DNA from: Epiperipatus broadwayi
Taxonomy: Eukaryota > Animalia > Onychophora
Assembly (NCBI GenBank): GCA_028023455.1
Contig: JAQFVV010000002.1
Location: 31,062,001-31,126,000 of the forward strand
Direction: 5' to 3'
Length of the DNA: 64,000 nucleotides
Position 1 is the stretch's first letter; every line of letters begins with the position of its first letter. The position numbers were made by a program, and so were the translations under genes. Of the stretch, positions 25,240 to 38,926 are shown in pieces. The notes under the pieces are model-generated. The model made no database searches, was not told the DNA's origin, and saw only the letters and a list, made by a program, of their open reading frames with translations.

Positions 25240-26190
25240 ACCTAATGAGCTTGCCAATAGCTCTTAACTAGCTTTTCAGAATATCCCCAACCCAGACTGG
25301 TTTCTGCTTCTGGCTTCCTCAGGGAGATGTTAGGATATTCAAGCATTAGATTTAAAATACCAGGCCAAGCCCAGCACTTTTTTTAATGGTTAACTATTAA
25401 GTAGAAAATCTGACATTTTCAGGCATATGTATGTCCCCAAATCTAGCTATCTAACTTAAATAGCCATACGGGACTGAACTAAGTTCAGATACACCATATA
25501 TTAATAGCTTTAGCAATATAACATTGCCAAAGCCTTAATAGCAAAAAATATAATTGCATAGAAATTAAGTCATGTATCACATGACCTAATTTAACAAGCT
25601 TGTATTACAAATGTTATCTAATGAGCTTGCCAATAGCTCTTAATAAGCTTTTCAGAATATCCCAACTCCAGACTGGTTTCTGCTTCTGTCTTCCTTAGTG
25701 AGATGCTAGGATATTCTGAAAAGTTTGTTAAGAGCTATTGGCAAGCTCATTAAATAACATTTGTAATACAAGCTTGTTAAATTAGGTCATGTGATATATG
25801 ACTTGATGTCTTTACATTATATTTTTTGCTATTAAGGCTTTGGCAATGTTATATTGCTAAAGCTATTAATATATGGTGTATCTGAACTTAGTTCAGTCCC
25901 GTAGGGCTATTTATGTTAGCTGGATTTGAGGACATATGGATGTCTGAAAATTTCAGATTTTCTACTTAATAGTTAGCTATTAGATAAAGTGCTGGGTCTG
26001 GCATGGTATTTTAAATCTAATGCTTAAATATCCTACCATCTCCCTGAGGAAGCCAGAAACAGAAACTGGTCTGGCATTGGGGGATATTCTGAAAAGCTTG
26101 TTAAGAGCTGTCGGCAAGCTCATTAGATAACATTTGTAATACAAGCTTGTTAAATTAGGTCATGTGTTATATGACTGGATTTCTTTAATG
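25240..26190 (+). mobile_element. Family B tandem plus fold-back insertion (B1) with three HHRs
   Basis: About 1.25 inverted units (25240-25710) then about 1.25 sense units (25711-26190). HHRs at 25291-25325(-), 25667-25702(-) and 26041-26075(+). 12-bp TSD ATCTGTTATATT at 25228-25239 and 26191-26202. Confidence 0.9.
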
Positions 26191-26580
26191 ATCTGTTATA
26201 TTTGACAGTGTTAAGGTGCAAATACATATTTATTGGAATGCTCTTTGAATAAAAAATTCTGACCTTTGAGCCCATCATTTTTGCAATATTTTTTTTTATT
26301 AAATATATTTATAATTTTTTTTTAATTGATTGCTTTAACAATCTTTTTAAGATTTAATGTTTTTTTTATTAAACATTGCCGAGTATGTCATTCATCTGAA
26401 CTATATTAGGAGATTGACAGACTATGAAAGCATGAAGCACCTTAATGCTGAATTACACATTGGAATTTGTGGCTGTTTCTGCAGCTGACTGGAAACTTTT
26501 ACAGTGAAATGTATACTATATCTTTGTAGTTAAAAGCTCACATTCTGATTCCTCCCCCCCCCCCAGCCTTTTCTTAGTTT

Positions 26581-26690
26581 TTTTTATTTTTTAAGTGTCA
26601 TAGCATTGGCCGGGACGTGAACCTGCAATCTGGGCAACTGCCTGCAAGTGCAAGGCAGTCGCGCTGACCTCTCGACCACCAATGCAAGAC
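26581..26690 (-). mobile_element. tRNA-Gly-derived SINE
   Basis: Body plus tail; TSD AGC.TTTTCTTAGTT. Confidence 0.75.
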
Positions 26691-27869
26691 AAAGCATTTT
26701 CTTAGTTAATGGCAGAATTACTTCTTTTCATAAACATAGTAGTTGTGAATTTGACACATGACCTGGACAAACATTCATACATTTTACCAATCAGACAACA
26801 GAAAAATTATGGATTTCATATAAAAGATAACAAATTTATAAATGCTTTTTTAATCATAACAAAATCTTTAAAGGTTGTTTAATTGTAACAAAATTATCAA
26901 AAGTTAGTTATTTCAAAATAATTGAAGCTTATTTAAGTATTACACATTTTTAGTGTCATATTTGTTCCTGTTTGTTTGAGATAAGTTTATGGATTTTTGG
27001 CTCTAATTGCTGTGACAGATGTCTTTTTGCACAAATATGTTGGGGAAAATTGAATCAAAATTTCCATTGCTTTTTCACTATTATGGAGTTATAAGAATTA
27101 CTTAACTAAAAAGAATATCTAAGAAATAAACAAATAAAATAAAAGAATCAGATGATAATCTGTATTCACAGAGTGAGGTGACTGTTTTAATGGTCACAAT
27201 AATACTAAAGCCACTTCTGTATTATTGCATCTCTCTTGTTGCTCTCTCTCTCTCTTACCATTTTGTGAATTTAGTGCAATTTATTAGAATACTTTTTGCA
27301 ATTTATTAGAATACTTTTTTTGTTTTATTATTAATAAAGCATAAAAAATTCATATAATGTCCAGATTTTTGTGGGGACTACCAAAATTTTCTCACAGACC
27401 GCCAGTTGTCCTCAGACCACTGATTGGTGACAGCTGCTCAAGAGTGTAATGCACAATTAAAAAGCTTTATTGAGTGCCAGAGATACCAGAACTGGAATAG
27501 ATCCAGGACCTTAATTTTCTGATTTTAACAATCTACCAGTTATTGTTTTTTAAAAAGGTAATTTAAAAAAATTGTACGTTTTTAGTTGCATTGGCCTTTA
27601 ATGACAAACTTTACATAATCATTCTGTCCAGTTGACCATCTGAGATTTATTTTATCAGCTAAGAATTGATTTAGAAATTGTTAGCTATTATTGGATCACA
27701 GGAAGGTGCATACTTACTATAAGAAACCACATTGAAAATTTGCCCCAATAATGGAGGGAGGGGGGACATTTCTAAAAAAAAAGTATGTTAATGATAAAAA
27801 ATGTACATTCAATATTTTTAATATTTAAATACGAGTATACTATATGTACTTAAGCTAGATGTAATTAAA

Positions 27870-28262
27870 GGGGATTTGAACCCAGACTTTCAAATTCTTC
27901 AGTCACCCACTCTATCCTATACAACTGATACAAACGACCACATACATGTGAAAAAGATAATTGATGGCAAAATTGGCAAACAAGGGCTTTGAAAATGCCT
28001 ATCATCAAATTTTCAATGATATGGATGGTTGAGGGGTTGGAGAGTGGAGAAGATTAAAGACTGTCCATTAAAGTTTGAAGATTTGCTATCTTAATATAAA
28101 ATGAGCACTGATTGTATGTATGTGTATGGGAGATGATGATCCCGTCCAATTGATGAGTTCTGGTTCAACATGAAATACGTTTATTGGAGATTCCCCCTCC
28201 CCCACGTATATATATGGACATTTGTATTGATTGTATAGAATAGAGTCTGGGTTCAAATCCCC
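27870..28262 (+). mobile_element. Family D fold-back insertion (D2)
   Basis: Ends GGGATTTGAACCCAGACT and AGTCTGGGTTCAAATCCC; decayed HHR at 28146-28187. Confidence 0.8.
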
Positions 28263-28895
28263 AGTAAATTAATATTTTTGAAAAATTATTGTAAATTTGA
28301 TTACATTTTGCGCGTGTTTGTGTGTGTGAGAGAGATGACATTTTATTTTAGAAGTTTTTGATCTGTATAAATTAAAAACTAGGAATTGAAATTTAAATTA
28401 TCTCTATCATAGACAGCTATTAGCAAAATAGGATGTGTGTTGATTTAAAGCCAATTTGACCACATCTGAGGTTTAATTTAGTCCATTGATTATGGATATG
28501 AAATTGATTGCTTCTGACTTCATTAATCTAATGCTCTGACAGCAGAAGAAAAGATGATTGTCTAAATAAGAACAAAAAAAAGGAAAAAAGAGGCAGAGAG
28601 AAAATTAGATTTGCCCAGATGTCTGATTCTTTCAATATTTTTTTTTTTTTTTAGCGTAGTCATCGAACTTATTTTTCCAAAGACAAAACATTGATAATGG
28701 TAATAATTGAAATTCATTTTCTGTGAAAATAAAATGACCGTATTAATGGTAGAAATTAATAATAACAATAAAAAATAGATTTGTTATTATTATTTTGCTG
28801 AAGCAGTATTCAAGTAATTTTTATATCCTTTTTTGTTAGATGTATATAATAAATGTAACAATTTAACTGCACCAAGATATCTGATAATCACAATA

Positions 28896-28959
28896 GCAAA
28901 CTCTTCGTACAGTATTGCCACCAGGTCCAAGCCTTCGTGATCAATGGTGATCATGTGAT
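28896..28959 (+). mobile_element. Minimal family A insertion
   Basis: About 38 nt of the inverted arm joined to TGGTGATCATGTGAT. Imperfect flanking repeat GATATCT..TAATCA. Confidence 0.6.
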
Positions 28960-31900
28960 ATCTAGTAATCAATAATTACGTAAATTTATAGTATCTAGTA
29001 TTACAACTGCTTTTATTTTACTGTATACGTAATCGAAACGGGAGTAACTACTTCCCAGTGATTTGTAACGTCAACAACTACGAAAAGATACAATGATGCC
29101 ATCTATATTTTAGTTCTGTTGTGATATAACATATATACACACATGTGGATAGGGCATAGTTTGTATAATATACATAAAAAATAATCTACTATAATGTAAA
29201 ATTTAATCTTAGGTTTATTTGGAATATATTGTAATGGAACTCCCTTTACCATGCTATGATCAGACCACACATGGGCACAGATATAACTGGTTCCAAATAA
29301 ACAAGATAATGGCTTACTAGTCCAATCATAAATGATGATGAACATATTGAAGGACATTATCAGTTTAAAACCTATCACTGATAGTGTTTACTCCACAATG
29401 GTAGTATTTTCTGCTCATTGCATGGATGTAGACCATGAAATCTAAAATGGCTAGAATATTTATTTGTTCTAGTTGGTTATATTTTAAAGATTCAGAGTGA
29501 AACCTTTAGCAATCTTGGCTTGAACTTATACTTTTTTGTCAACAGTATTTTAAATGAGTTCTTAATCCATTAATCCATTGATTACTCCTATGCAATTTAT
29601 GATGGGTTTATAACTAAGCAATTTTATCCACATGGTTCTTTAATAGTTATGGATTTTGCAAATTAACAAAATGGCTTGCAGTATTTTTATCTTATTCTCA
29701 TGATTGATCGATGAATATGTTGAAAGTTTGGCTGGTCATTATTAGACTTCAGTAGATCTTTTTCTTTCAGTTGCATAAGGTACATGCACATATTCACATA
29801 TGATAGAGATCATAGGGAGCAATTAATTTATTTCTTCATGCTGGGTCATTTCTTTTTATATACAGATCAGACAACGTCATATTTCTTCCTCCATGGAGTG
29901 CCCTGTGATCAGAAATGGATCACAAGAGTTTTTTTAGCAAATTATTTTTATAAAATTTAACTCATATGCATATGACATCATCTGAATTTGAACAACAACA
30001 CATTCTTTATAATGTTGCAAATTTTTGTGCACATACATGGTGCAGATCATTTTCACAATAAAAAAATCTGTTAATCCATGCTCTCTGCTAACATAAAGGT
30101 ATTCTACTTACAAAACATCCTATACCAAAATGTAGTTTTGACCAAAATATACTGTGATGCCCTTTTATAGTGCATCAAAGTTAATTTCTTTCCTTCAACC
30201 CTATAAGGTGTTTATCAAAAAGCAGTTTAATTACTCACCCCACCCCTTTACAACTATTATCAGTGCCTGCATTTTGAAAAACACAGAGAAAAAAAATGTT
30301 GATTAAGCATAATTGAAAATAGAAAAAGGAAAACAGAAAATAAGGAAAATAAGGAAAATATTACTCTTTTTAGTAAGACAAATTGATTTGAAACTTTGCA
30401 TTTTTCTAAATGAAATTTGGTTAAAAATTCTGTTACAGAATTGATCACTTTTACGAAACTGTTCTACTTGCTTTTACTCTTTGCAAAACTTAATCTTACA
30501 ATTAGTTAACAAAACTTTTTTTTTGTACAGAAATATTTGTTTGAGATGAAACAGGAAGAAACTCACATGCACACCACTCAAATAAAACTTAACTCTTTAT
30601 TTATTGAGGGTTTATAATTAAAAATGCTGTTAATTATTGTCATATTTGATGCATATATTTAATGATTGTAGCTAGCTACATGTGGCTACAATAAATATTT
30701 CTACCCTTTATTTTTATCAGATATCCATCAAGCCAACTTCACAAATCATCTAGTAAGTATCATATTATGGGTATAGAGTGTTTGTGAACATTAAATTTAA
30801 ATAAATCATGTGAATACTTTATATAGATGTAGATAGAAAAATCCAAGGTATATCACAATGAAAATCAGGAAATTTAATTTTGGTTTTAATTTCTGCACTC
30901 ATTATTTAAAGAGCCAATTATTTCCAGTTCTTTCATTATTTTTAAAAAAGCTTTAGATGTGTAGGACAAATTGTTATGAAGGGATAATAATAAATGCATA
31001 ATTGATTTTTTATATTTGTAAGATATCTGGAAAAAGTCTACATGTTAGATAGATGTTTAAGAATGTTTATTGGAATGATGTGGAGAATTTAAAAACTGGA
31101 TTAAACTCAAAAAGATTTTTATTCTACAGTCAGTTAATAATGATTGAAGATATTGATAATGATGTATATTAAATTATTGTAAAGTTTATAAATACATTTT
31201 AAATGTAAGAAAGAAATTGCTTCAATTGAAAGTGAATTGTGTTATACATATATTTGGAATTCCATTACATTTACTTATTGAATGTAGATTTATTTTGTAA
31301 TATAATAAATGTATATTAATTATTCGAATACTAATTTTTTCAAAAATTAAAATGTCTTTTTTAATAACAAACAAACAAACATATTTTTTATCATCTTAAT
31401 TATTAGCTTCCTTGCTATATAATGGAACCATAGTGTATGCTGTATTTTCTTTCAAGCCCTCTTTATGTACATTGTACATCATATATAACAACTCACATGT
31501 TATTGATAAATTTTTGATTAGAATAGAATATGTACTATTGAACTGCAAATGTATAGAACTTTTTAACACAATAGAAATACAATTATATCCATGTAAACAG
31601 AGATAACTTTTTGCCTTTGGTTGTTGCCAGAAAAGTATCAAATACAATTAATTGACAATCTCCCCAAAGCTAAACAAGTCTCTCCATTAAACTATAGTAG
31701 AAACAACTTTTTAAAAGAATAATATAATGATTAATAATAATTTGAGTGGACACACATTTATTTTACTTTGGATTCATTGATTCATTCACTGAAAAATAAG
31801 AATAGGAAAAAAACCCTAATTAAACCATATTTTTATTTTTTAAAAAGAAGAATAACAAAATGTGTGACTTTCATTGCAATTAAACATGTTAGCATATGAT

Positions 31901-32363
31901 ATGGTTTAATTGAATTTGTTCTGAATGATATACAACTTTTTTGGAAAACTTTTAGCATAACACTAGTAAAAAATTTTATTATGCAAAATACTGCACATCA
32001 AATTCAGAGAGGATGTGTATTTTCAACATTATTTGAAGAAATTGTAATAATTATGACTATATATGGTGCTTCGAATGGAAATATGGGTGTATTGCAAAAT
32101 TTATTTACAAATTTTATTTTAGTTTTTGAGCATGATTGCCTATGGTGCTCGGTGATGAAAAAATGACAGCTCTTGTATTGTAAAATATATTAAATTTACA
32201 AATTTTAATATTTTTTTTGTTTGTTTATTTACATTTTTGTTTGTTAACATTTTTTATTGGATAGTGTATAAAAGAAATTGTGTATGTGAAACAAAATAGT
32301 TTGCTGCTTTACTGTATAAACAAGTTTAATACAATTGAAAATAAATTATTATAATTGAAATTA

Positions 32364-32834
32364 GTTTTAAGCCAATAAACATCACATGACCACCACCTCT
32401 TATGCTTGTGTATAACTGTTGTTAAAACAGGCAAAACTCACTATATATATTGCCACATACAGCAAGCTAGAGTAATCAATGGATGCCAGGGACTTGTGCA
32501 TAAAATCCCCATCTAGTGCCTACTCATCCAATATCCCCAGACTAGTTTCTGGCTTATGGCCTTCGTCAGTGAGGAGCCTTGGATCTGAGAGCACTGCACC
32601 TAAATCTTAGGATCTAATGCAACCCTCCACAACCATCTTTTACCTCCATTTAACTACAAAACTATGAGTCTTAAACTGAAAACACTTTAATGTTTTCAAT
32701 CCAAGCTCATCAGCTTATATTGTCATATGGGTCTGAACCCAGTTCAGTACCCATACATTTTGGGGTCTTTGGTTCTTTACTAACCATAGCTACCATATTC
32801 TATTAGGCAGGATTGGTTTTAAGCCAATAAACAT
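32364..32834 (-). mobile_element. Family A full monomer (A5; 452-nt period)
   Basis: No inversion. The 19-nt GTTTTAAGCCAATAAACAT occurs at 32364-32382 and 32816-32834. HHR at 32535-32574(-). Confidence 0.85.
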
Positions 32835-33560
32835 TATGAAAAATAAAGTCATGGTGAATAATAAAATGTAAATATTTAATAAAAATGTATCTTTGGCATT
32901 GATTAAAAATTCTAATATGAAAAATAGTACATATTTGTGAAATATGAAATTCTGTAAAATGTAGATTTTTACTTTTCAAGTCGGTTGTGAGATAAGCACT
33001 TATTAATAAATTTGAGATTAAGATCCATTATAGATTTTTTTTTTTAAAAAGGGACATGATAGCAATAAGAAAAAATATTTTGATACTAAATAAGGAATAT
33101 TCCTTGGGGTATTTAAAGCTGTTGTTTTGTCCTATGCAGTTTTAGTATCAGAGGTGGTGAACTTAAAATATTTTCTCAGCTGAGCAAAATAAAACATAAG
33201 ACTCAATTTAATTAAGCGAATAAAATCTTTGTGCCCAGTCTTTCATTTGGATGCTCAAATATCACATGACCTTCCAAGTAATTATCTATATTAATTTTGC
33301 ATAAGATAGCAGCACAAACAAATTACCTCAGTTTTAAGCGGATTGTTTTTTTTTCTGATAGAAAGCTTTATTATTATTGTATTAATATTATATTTAAGGT
33401 AAATTAGTAAAGTTTAGGTTTGTTTACACCAGTAGTTTTATATTTAATGGCTGCATTCAAATAATATTTAATAAGTCTTTTAAAATTATGGACATGATTT
33501 TATGATTCAAATATTCAATTTAAATAAAAAACTTATAGGTTACTTTTTCATACTTATTCT

Positions 33561-34262
33561 TGTTAAAACAGGCAAAACTCATTATACGTATTGCCACACA
33601 CAGCAAGCTAGAGTAGTCAATGGATTCCAGAAGGCTTGTGCATAAAATCCCCATCTAGTGCCTACTCATCCAATATCCCCAGACTAGTTTCTGGCTTGTG
33701 GCCTTCGCCAGTGAAGAGCCTTGGATCTGAGAGCACTGCACCTAGATCTTAGGATCTAATGCAACTCCCCAGCAGTCACTTTTTATCTCCACTTAACTAC
33801 AAAACTATGATTCTTAAACTGAAAACTTCCTAATGTTTTCAATCCAAGCACATTAGCTCATATAGTCATATGGGTCTGAACTCAGTTCAGTACCCATACA
33901 TTTTGGTATCTTTGGTTCTTTAATAACTATATAAGCTAATGGGCTTGGATTGAAAACATTAAGGTGTTTTCAGTTTAAGACTCATAGTTTTGTAGTTAAG
34001 TGGAGATAAAAGATGGCTGCTGGGGGTTGCATTAGATTCTAAGATCTAGGTGCAGTGCTCTCAGATCCAAGGCTCCTCACTGACGAAGGCCACAAGCCAG
34101 AAACTAGTCTGGGGATATTGAATGAGTAGGCACTAGATGGGAATTTTATGCACAAGCCTTCTGGCATCCATTGATCACTCTAGCTTGCTGTATGTGGCAA
34201 TATGTATAGTGTTTTGCATACACAAGCATAAGAAGTGGTGGTCATGTGATGTTTATTGGCTG
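33561..34262 (+). mobile_element. Family A long fold-back insertion (A6)
   Basis: Inverted arm 33561-33928, sense arm 33929-34260. HHRs at 33677-33714(-, A6G) and 34075-34114(+). TSD ATACTTAT at 33550-33557 and 34263-34270. Confidence 0.9.
34075..34114 (+). ncRNA. Type I hammerhead motif (family A)
   Basis: CCUCA-CUGACGA-AGGC(CACAA)GCCA-GAA-ACUAGU-C-UGGGG. A.A mismatch at the base of stem II. Stem I extends by AUCCAA/UUGAAU here (UUGGAU in other copies). Confidence 0.8.
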
Positions 34263-34609
34263 ATACTTATACTGCATTATGGACACATTATTTGGAATTC
34301 ATACAGTCAAAATTTAGAAAATGTGAAGGCAAATGTTTAAAATATATCTATTAAAGATCAATTTTATAGAAAGAAGAAGAATGATTTATGAAAGATTGGT
34401 CACAGACATGCCGATTTTGTTACAACATTGTATCATTTGAATATGCAAAATCCCAAAAATCTTATTTAGATTCCAACTTTTAATTCTTAGGTCTCATGAA
34501 ATCTTTTATTTACCTATTTTGAAACATTCTGATAATTGACCTTTGTGGCTGAAACTAGTATATAATAGCTTATTTGTGCATTTGATGTATTTGCCTCAAA
34601 CTACAAGTA

Positions 34610-34815
34610 AACAAAGGCAAAACTCTCCATAAATTAGTGCCACCCTGTGCCAACCAGAGTAATCGATGGATGTCAGAAGGCTTGTGCATAAAATCCCTAT
34701 CTAGTGCCTACTCATCCAATATCCCCAGACTAGTTTCTGGCTTGTGGCCATCATTAGTGAGGAGCCTTGGATCTGAGAGCACTGCACGTGGTGATCATGT
34801 GATGTTTAGTGGTTT
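34610..34815 (+). mobile_element. Family A insertion (A7): long inverted arm plus 28-nt tail
   Basis: 12-bp TSD AAACTACAAGTA at 34598-34609 and 34816-34827. HHR at 34723-34762(-, G5A). Confidence 0.85.
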
Positions 34816-36445
34816 AAACTACAAGTAGTTGAAATCAATATTAAATTGACATTATTAATATAAATATGATTTCTATATAAATCAATATGGTTAATATACA
34901 TTAATTTTGTTGTATTGAAACACACTACTTCTTTAAATTATTGTACTCTTTTTTTTTGCTTTGAGTTGTTTTATTTAGAAATAAAATGAATTAATTTGTT
35001 AGTACAATGTAATTATCAAACATTAAGTTCTTTTCATATAGTTATGTAACATTCAAAAACTTGAGATATACAAGTTAATATGAAAAGATATAAGAAAAAC
35101 CAAATATTATATTTAATAGCACTAAGCTAGCTTTTAGCAGATTCTCACCAGAATCATAGTGCAGAATAAAACTTCACTGTTGAGAGTCTAAATATATGGT
35201 GGAGGAGAAATATGTAAATTTGTCCCAGTATGCAAATTATATATCTCATTTCTTTGATAATGAGATGCAAGAGTCCTTTCTTTTAATCGAATGTGGGTCC
35301 CTTACAATCGCCCATGCCTCTTTAAAATTTTTTTTCTAACATTCCTCTCTATGCAAACTGTTTTAACATTAGAGGGAGAAAAGATGTGTCTCATAGCCAT
35401 CTTATGTTCAACAAAGGTAGACTTGTGTTCACAACTTAGCTTTGCTTTTTACATAATTATGATGCCCTGCCCTTACTTGCAGTGCAGTGTACTATGAAAA
35501 ATCTCACACTAATAGGTTGGCAAGAATTTCCCAGCACACCTATTAATATAAAAAAGCAAAACTAAGCCACAAACTAGGTCTATCTTTGTTGAACATGAGA
35601 TGGCTATGGTACGTCTTTTCTCCCTCCAATGTTAAAACAGTATGCACAGAGAGGAATGATAGAAAAAGGAAATTTAAAGAGGCGTGGAAAAGTTTGAACA
35701 GTTAGTAGTTAAGATTTAAAAATATAAGTAGAAGTTCTGAAGAAGATTGCTGGGGCAATCAAAAAATCAAAAACGTCAATAGTGGTTTGTAATTATATGA
35801 AGCATTGTAAAAGTAATAATGTAAATGGTATTAATATTATATATATGTGCATAGGTAATGTGTTTAAATATTTTCCTTTTATGCATTTTTTGGAGTATAC
35901 TTGGAAAGTCTATAACACAATATAAATTATTTCATTTTGTACAGAATAAAATAATGTTAGTAATTTTATTATTAAAAGTAATTAATCAGACTCTTAATTT
36001 TTTAGAATATCATTTGATAATCAAGCATTAGAATACCACAATGGATTAGAAATTGATCCAAGTATATTTTAGTGTTTGATCCTGTTTCTTTAGTACTATG
36101 CTAAATACATAGGACATTGCATGTAATTATAAATAATAATAATTAACCTGGATATATTGGACCTGCATGATGGCAGACAACCAATGATGAAGAATTTTTG
36201 TATTTTCTATTTTACTATAAATAGAAACGTCACAATCATTCACTAGTTGGGTTCAAATTTGAGCTGGGTAAAATGTGGAAATTAATTCAGTTACCATTCA
36301 GGCTTAGGATTTCTTTTTCAACTATTTGACTGACGCCCACTTAACTATTCATTCACTATTGTCAATGAATGGATGTGTGCTTATTCTCAACAAGAAACTA
36401 TAAAAGTGATGAAAAATAGCTTAAAGCCTCCTCACTACATGATTA

Positions 36446-36595
36446 TTGTAATGTATATTAAGGCTATGACCTTAAGACTATGCACCTAGATGTGAGAGGT
36501 CCCTACTGTCCCATTTAGGTGCATAGTCTTAAGGTTATAGCCTTAATACATATTACATACGTAATGAGTATGTGCTTGCTTAACAAATTACTAAT
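36446..36595 (+). mobile_element. Fold-back insertion of a further family (no HHR seen)
   Basis: Arms 36447-36488 and 36515-36557, 38-nt unpaired tail, 10-bp TSD TACATGATTA at 36436-36445 and 36596-36605. Confidence 0.75.
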
Positions 36596-37238
36596 TACAT
36601 GATTACTGATGAGTTTATTAATGCATTCTCTTTCACTAATGTTCTATAGAGGAGGGAGGTGGTTATTAGATAAATCTTTCCCCTGGTGATAAGCTATTTA
36701 CAAACTGGTATAATTATTTATTGTTTTTTATATACTAGAATACTATTAGAAGAAAATCGATTACATTGTTCAAATTATATTTAGATAGTATTTAGTATTA
36801 AACACTAAGCATCTCAACCTTTTATCTATTCAAGTATCGGATGATGTGAGATTGTGAAATCAATATAATTTTTTTATGTATGGGTTTAAATTTTTCATAA
36901 ATTTTTTACATATAACACACAAATCAATATAAAACACACATAAGATATTCTATGATTTTAAACAATGTGGATGTACATATTAAATATTAATTCTAATGAT
37001 TTTAATGAGCATATAAATAATTTTATGACTTATCAAATGTATAATGCTAAGAATATAAACCTATTCATGGAACAAACAAGTCCAAATACATTAATATGAT
37101 AATTCACAAGCTAAATCCCCAAAGAATTACGTAAATGAATTTGTAAATAATGTCAACCTTTTCAGTGCCACTCTTAGTAACATGTTTGAACTTGTTTGTT
37201 TCATGAATTGATTTATATTCTTTGCATTATATATTTGC

Positions 37239-37491
37239 ACAGAGGCCAAACTCTCCATACAGTAGCACCACCAGTGCAAGCCACAGTAATCAATGGATGC
37301 AAGAAGGCTTCTCACTGATGAAAGCCACAAGTTAGAAACTAGTCTGGGGTATTGGATGAGTAGGCACTAGATACGGATTTTTTTTTAAAAATTACTCTGG
37401 CTTGTCCTGGTGGTGCTACTGTATAAAGAGTTTAGCCTCTGTGTAAACAGCTTGTGTATGCATAAGAAATGGTGGTCATGTGATGTTTAGT
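37239..37491 (+). mobile_element. Family A fold-back insertion (A8)
   Basis: 14-bp TSD CATTATATATTTGC at 37225-37238 and 37492-37505. HHR at 37311-37349(+). Confidence 0.85.
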
Positions 37492-38926
37492 CATTATATA
37501 TTTGCTAAGCTGTACAATTATTTACATACTCATTAAAATCATTAGAAATTTATGTAAGTTAATATTTGAAACTGTAAGCTTGATTAATATGAAAACAAGA
37601 TTTAAAAGTTTGTTATTTTGCATATCAGTGCGTGATTTACTCCTATATAACAAACTGGAAGTGTTATTTACATGTTTGGCTAAATGACTCTGTGGGTAAT
37701 TAGGTTATGAATTATTTTAATAACATATTCAGACTTGTTTATTTCATGAATAGATTTATATTAATAGTATATGCTTTACATAAAATAGTTTGCATATTCC
37801 TACCGCTACACACATTTTATTTATTCTGAAATTGATATACTTAACTCAATATTTGTTAACTGGCACAAACAGATAATCAACAACAATAAAGTAGCATTTG
37901 TTCTGATTTCAAATTCTCAGGTATTCACTTGGTTATTTATTTCTTAATTATTTAATAAAGTTTTTATGCACTTTAAACTCTACTGAGATCTTTGTGATTT
38001 TGAAGGAGTCCATTATTGAATGAGCTCATCTAATTACAATATATATGGTATAGATTTCAGGTGTGTATAAAAATGCATGTGCGTGAAAAATTATCAGAAA
38101 TGTGATGTGAATCCCTTCAAATTCATAGTCTTTAGTTTGAATTTTGGTGGAACTTGACTTTTAAGCAGACCTAGAATTTTTTTCGGTCTAGTTCATCATC
38201 ATTTTAAGTAGCTATTTAATACCATTGGTTGGTAAATGGACATATATTTATTTTGACTGAATAATAAATGTGCGTCATTAATTTCTGATGACTATAAAAA
38301 ATATATGAACCATAACTTAAGAATATTTAACTTAGTTTGCACTTACATGCAATGTTAAACAATAGCAACCGAAAGTAGAAGTTAATAAAATAAGCCATAA
38401 TATTTGCAGTTAATATATACGTGAAAGTCACGCTCATATAGTGTATCCACGCACATGCCAAACTTTTCAATTTGCCCATTTAAATATGTATACTGTATAT
38501 TTTTTAACATCTGTTTTCCGAATCTTTATGTTATTGATAATTTAGTTTATTTCTCACTATTATTGAATTTGAATTTAATTTCTGTAAATTATTGATTTTT
38601 ATTTTTTGGTGTATTTTTCCATGTTATTGATTTTCAAATTTATTTTTCAAAAATATCGTTTTTTTTTTCTAACGCTATTATTCACAATTGATGTTTGATA
38701 ATTTTGATTTTACTTCCTATGTGTTTACTTTCAGAATAGCATTTTAGTTCGGCAGACACAGATTTAGGTTTCAATTTCTTTTTTTTTTCCAGTTTGACTT
38801 TTATAAATTTATATTGATTTTCACTCTATTATTATTTATTTAATATAAATTATATGAATAATATAAATAATGTGAATTTTCTATTTAAGTATATTAAATA
38901 TATATTTTAAACTAGATATAATTATA

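Noticed and set aside
25340-25560. GIY-YIG endonuclease remnant in families A, B or C
   Set aside because: Hand translation gave stops in the frames tried and no convincing motif; treated as non-coding pending a profile search.
29230-29960. Degraded LINE endonuclease (SDH motif)
   Set aside because: A single tripeptide motif with no other alignable APE motifs by eye.
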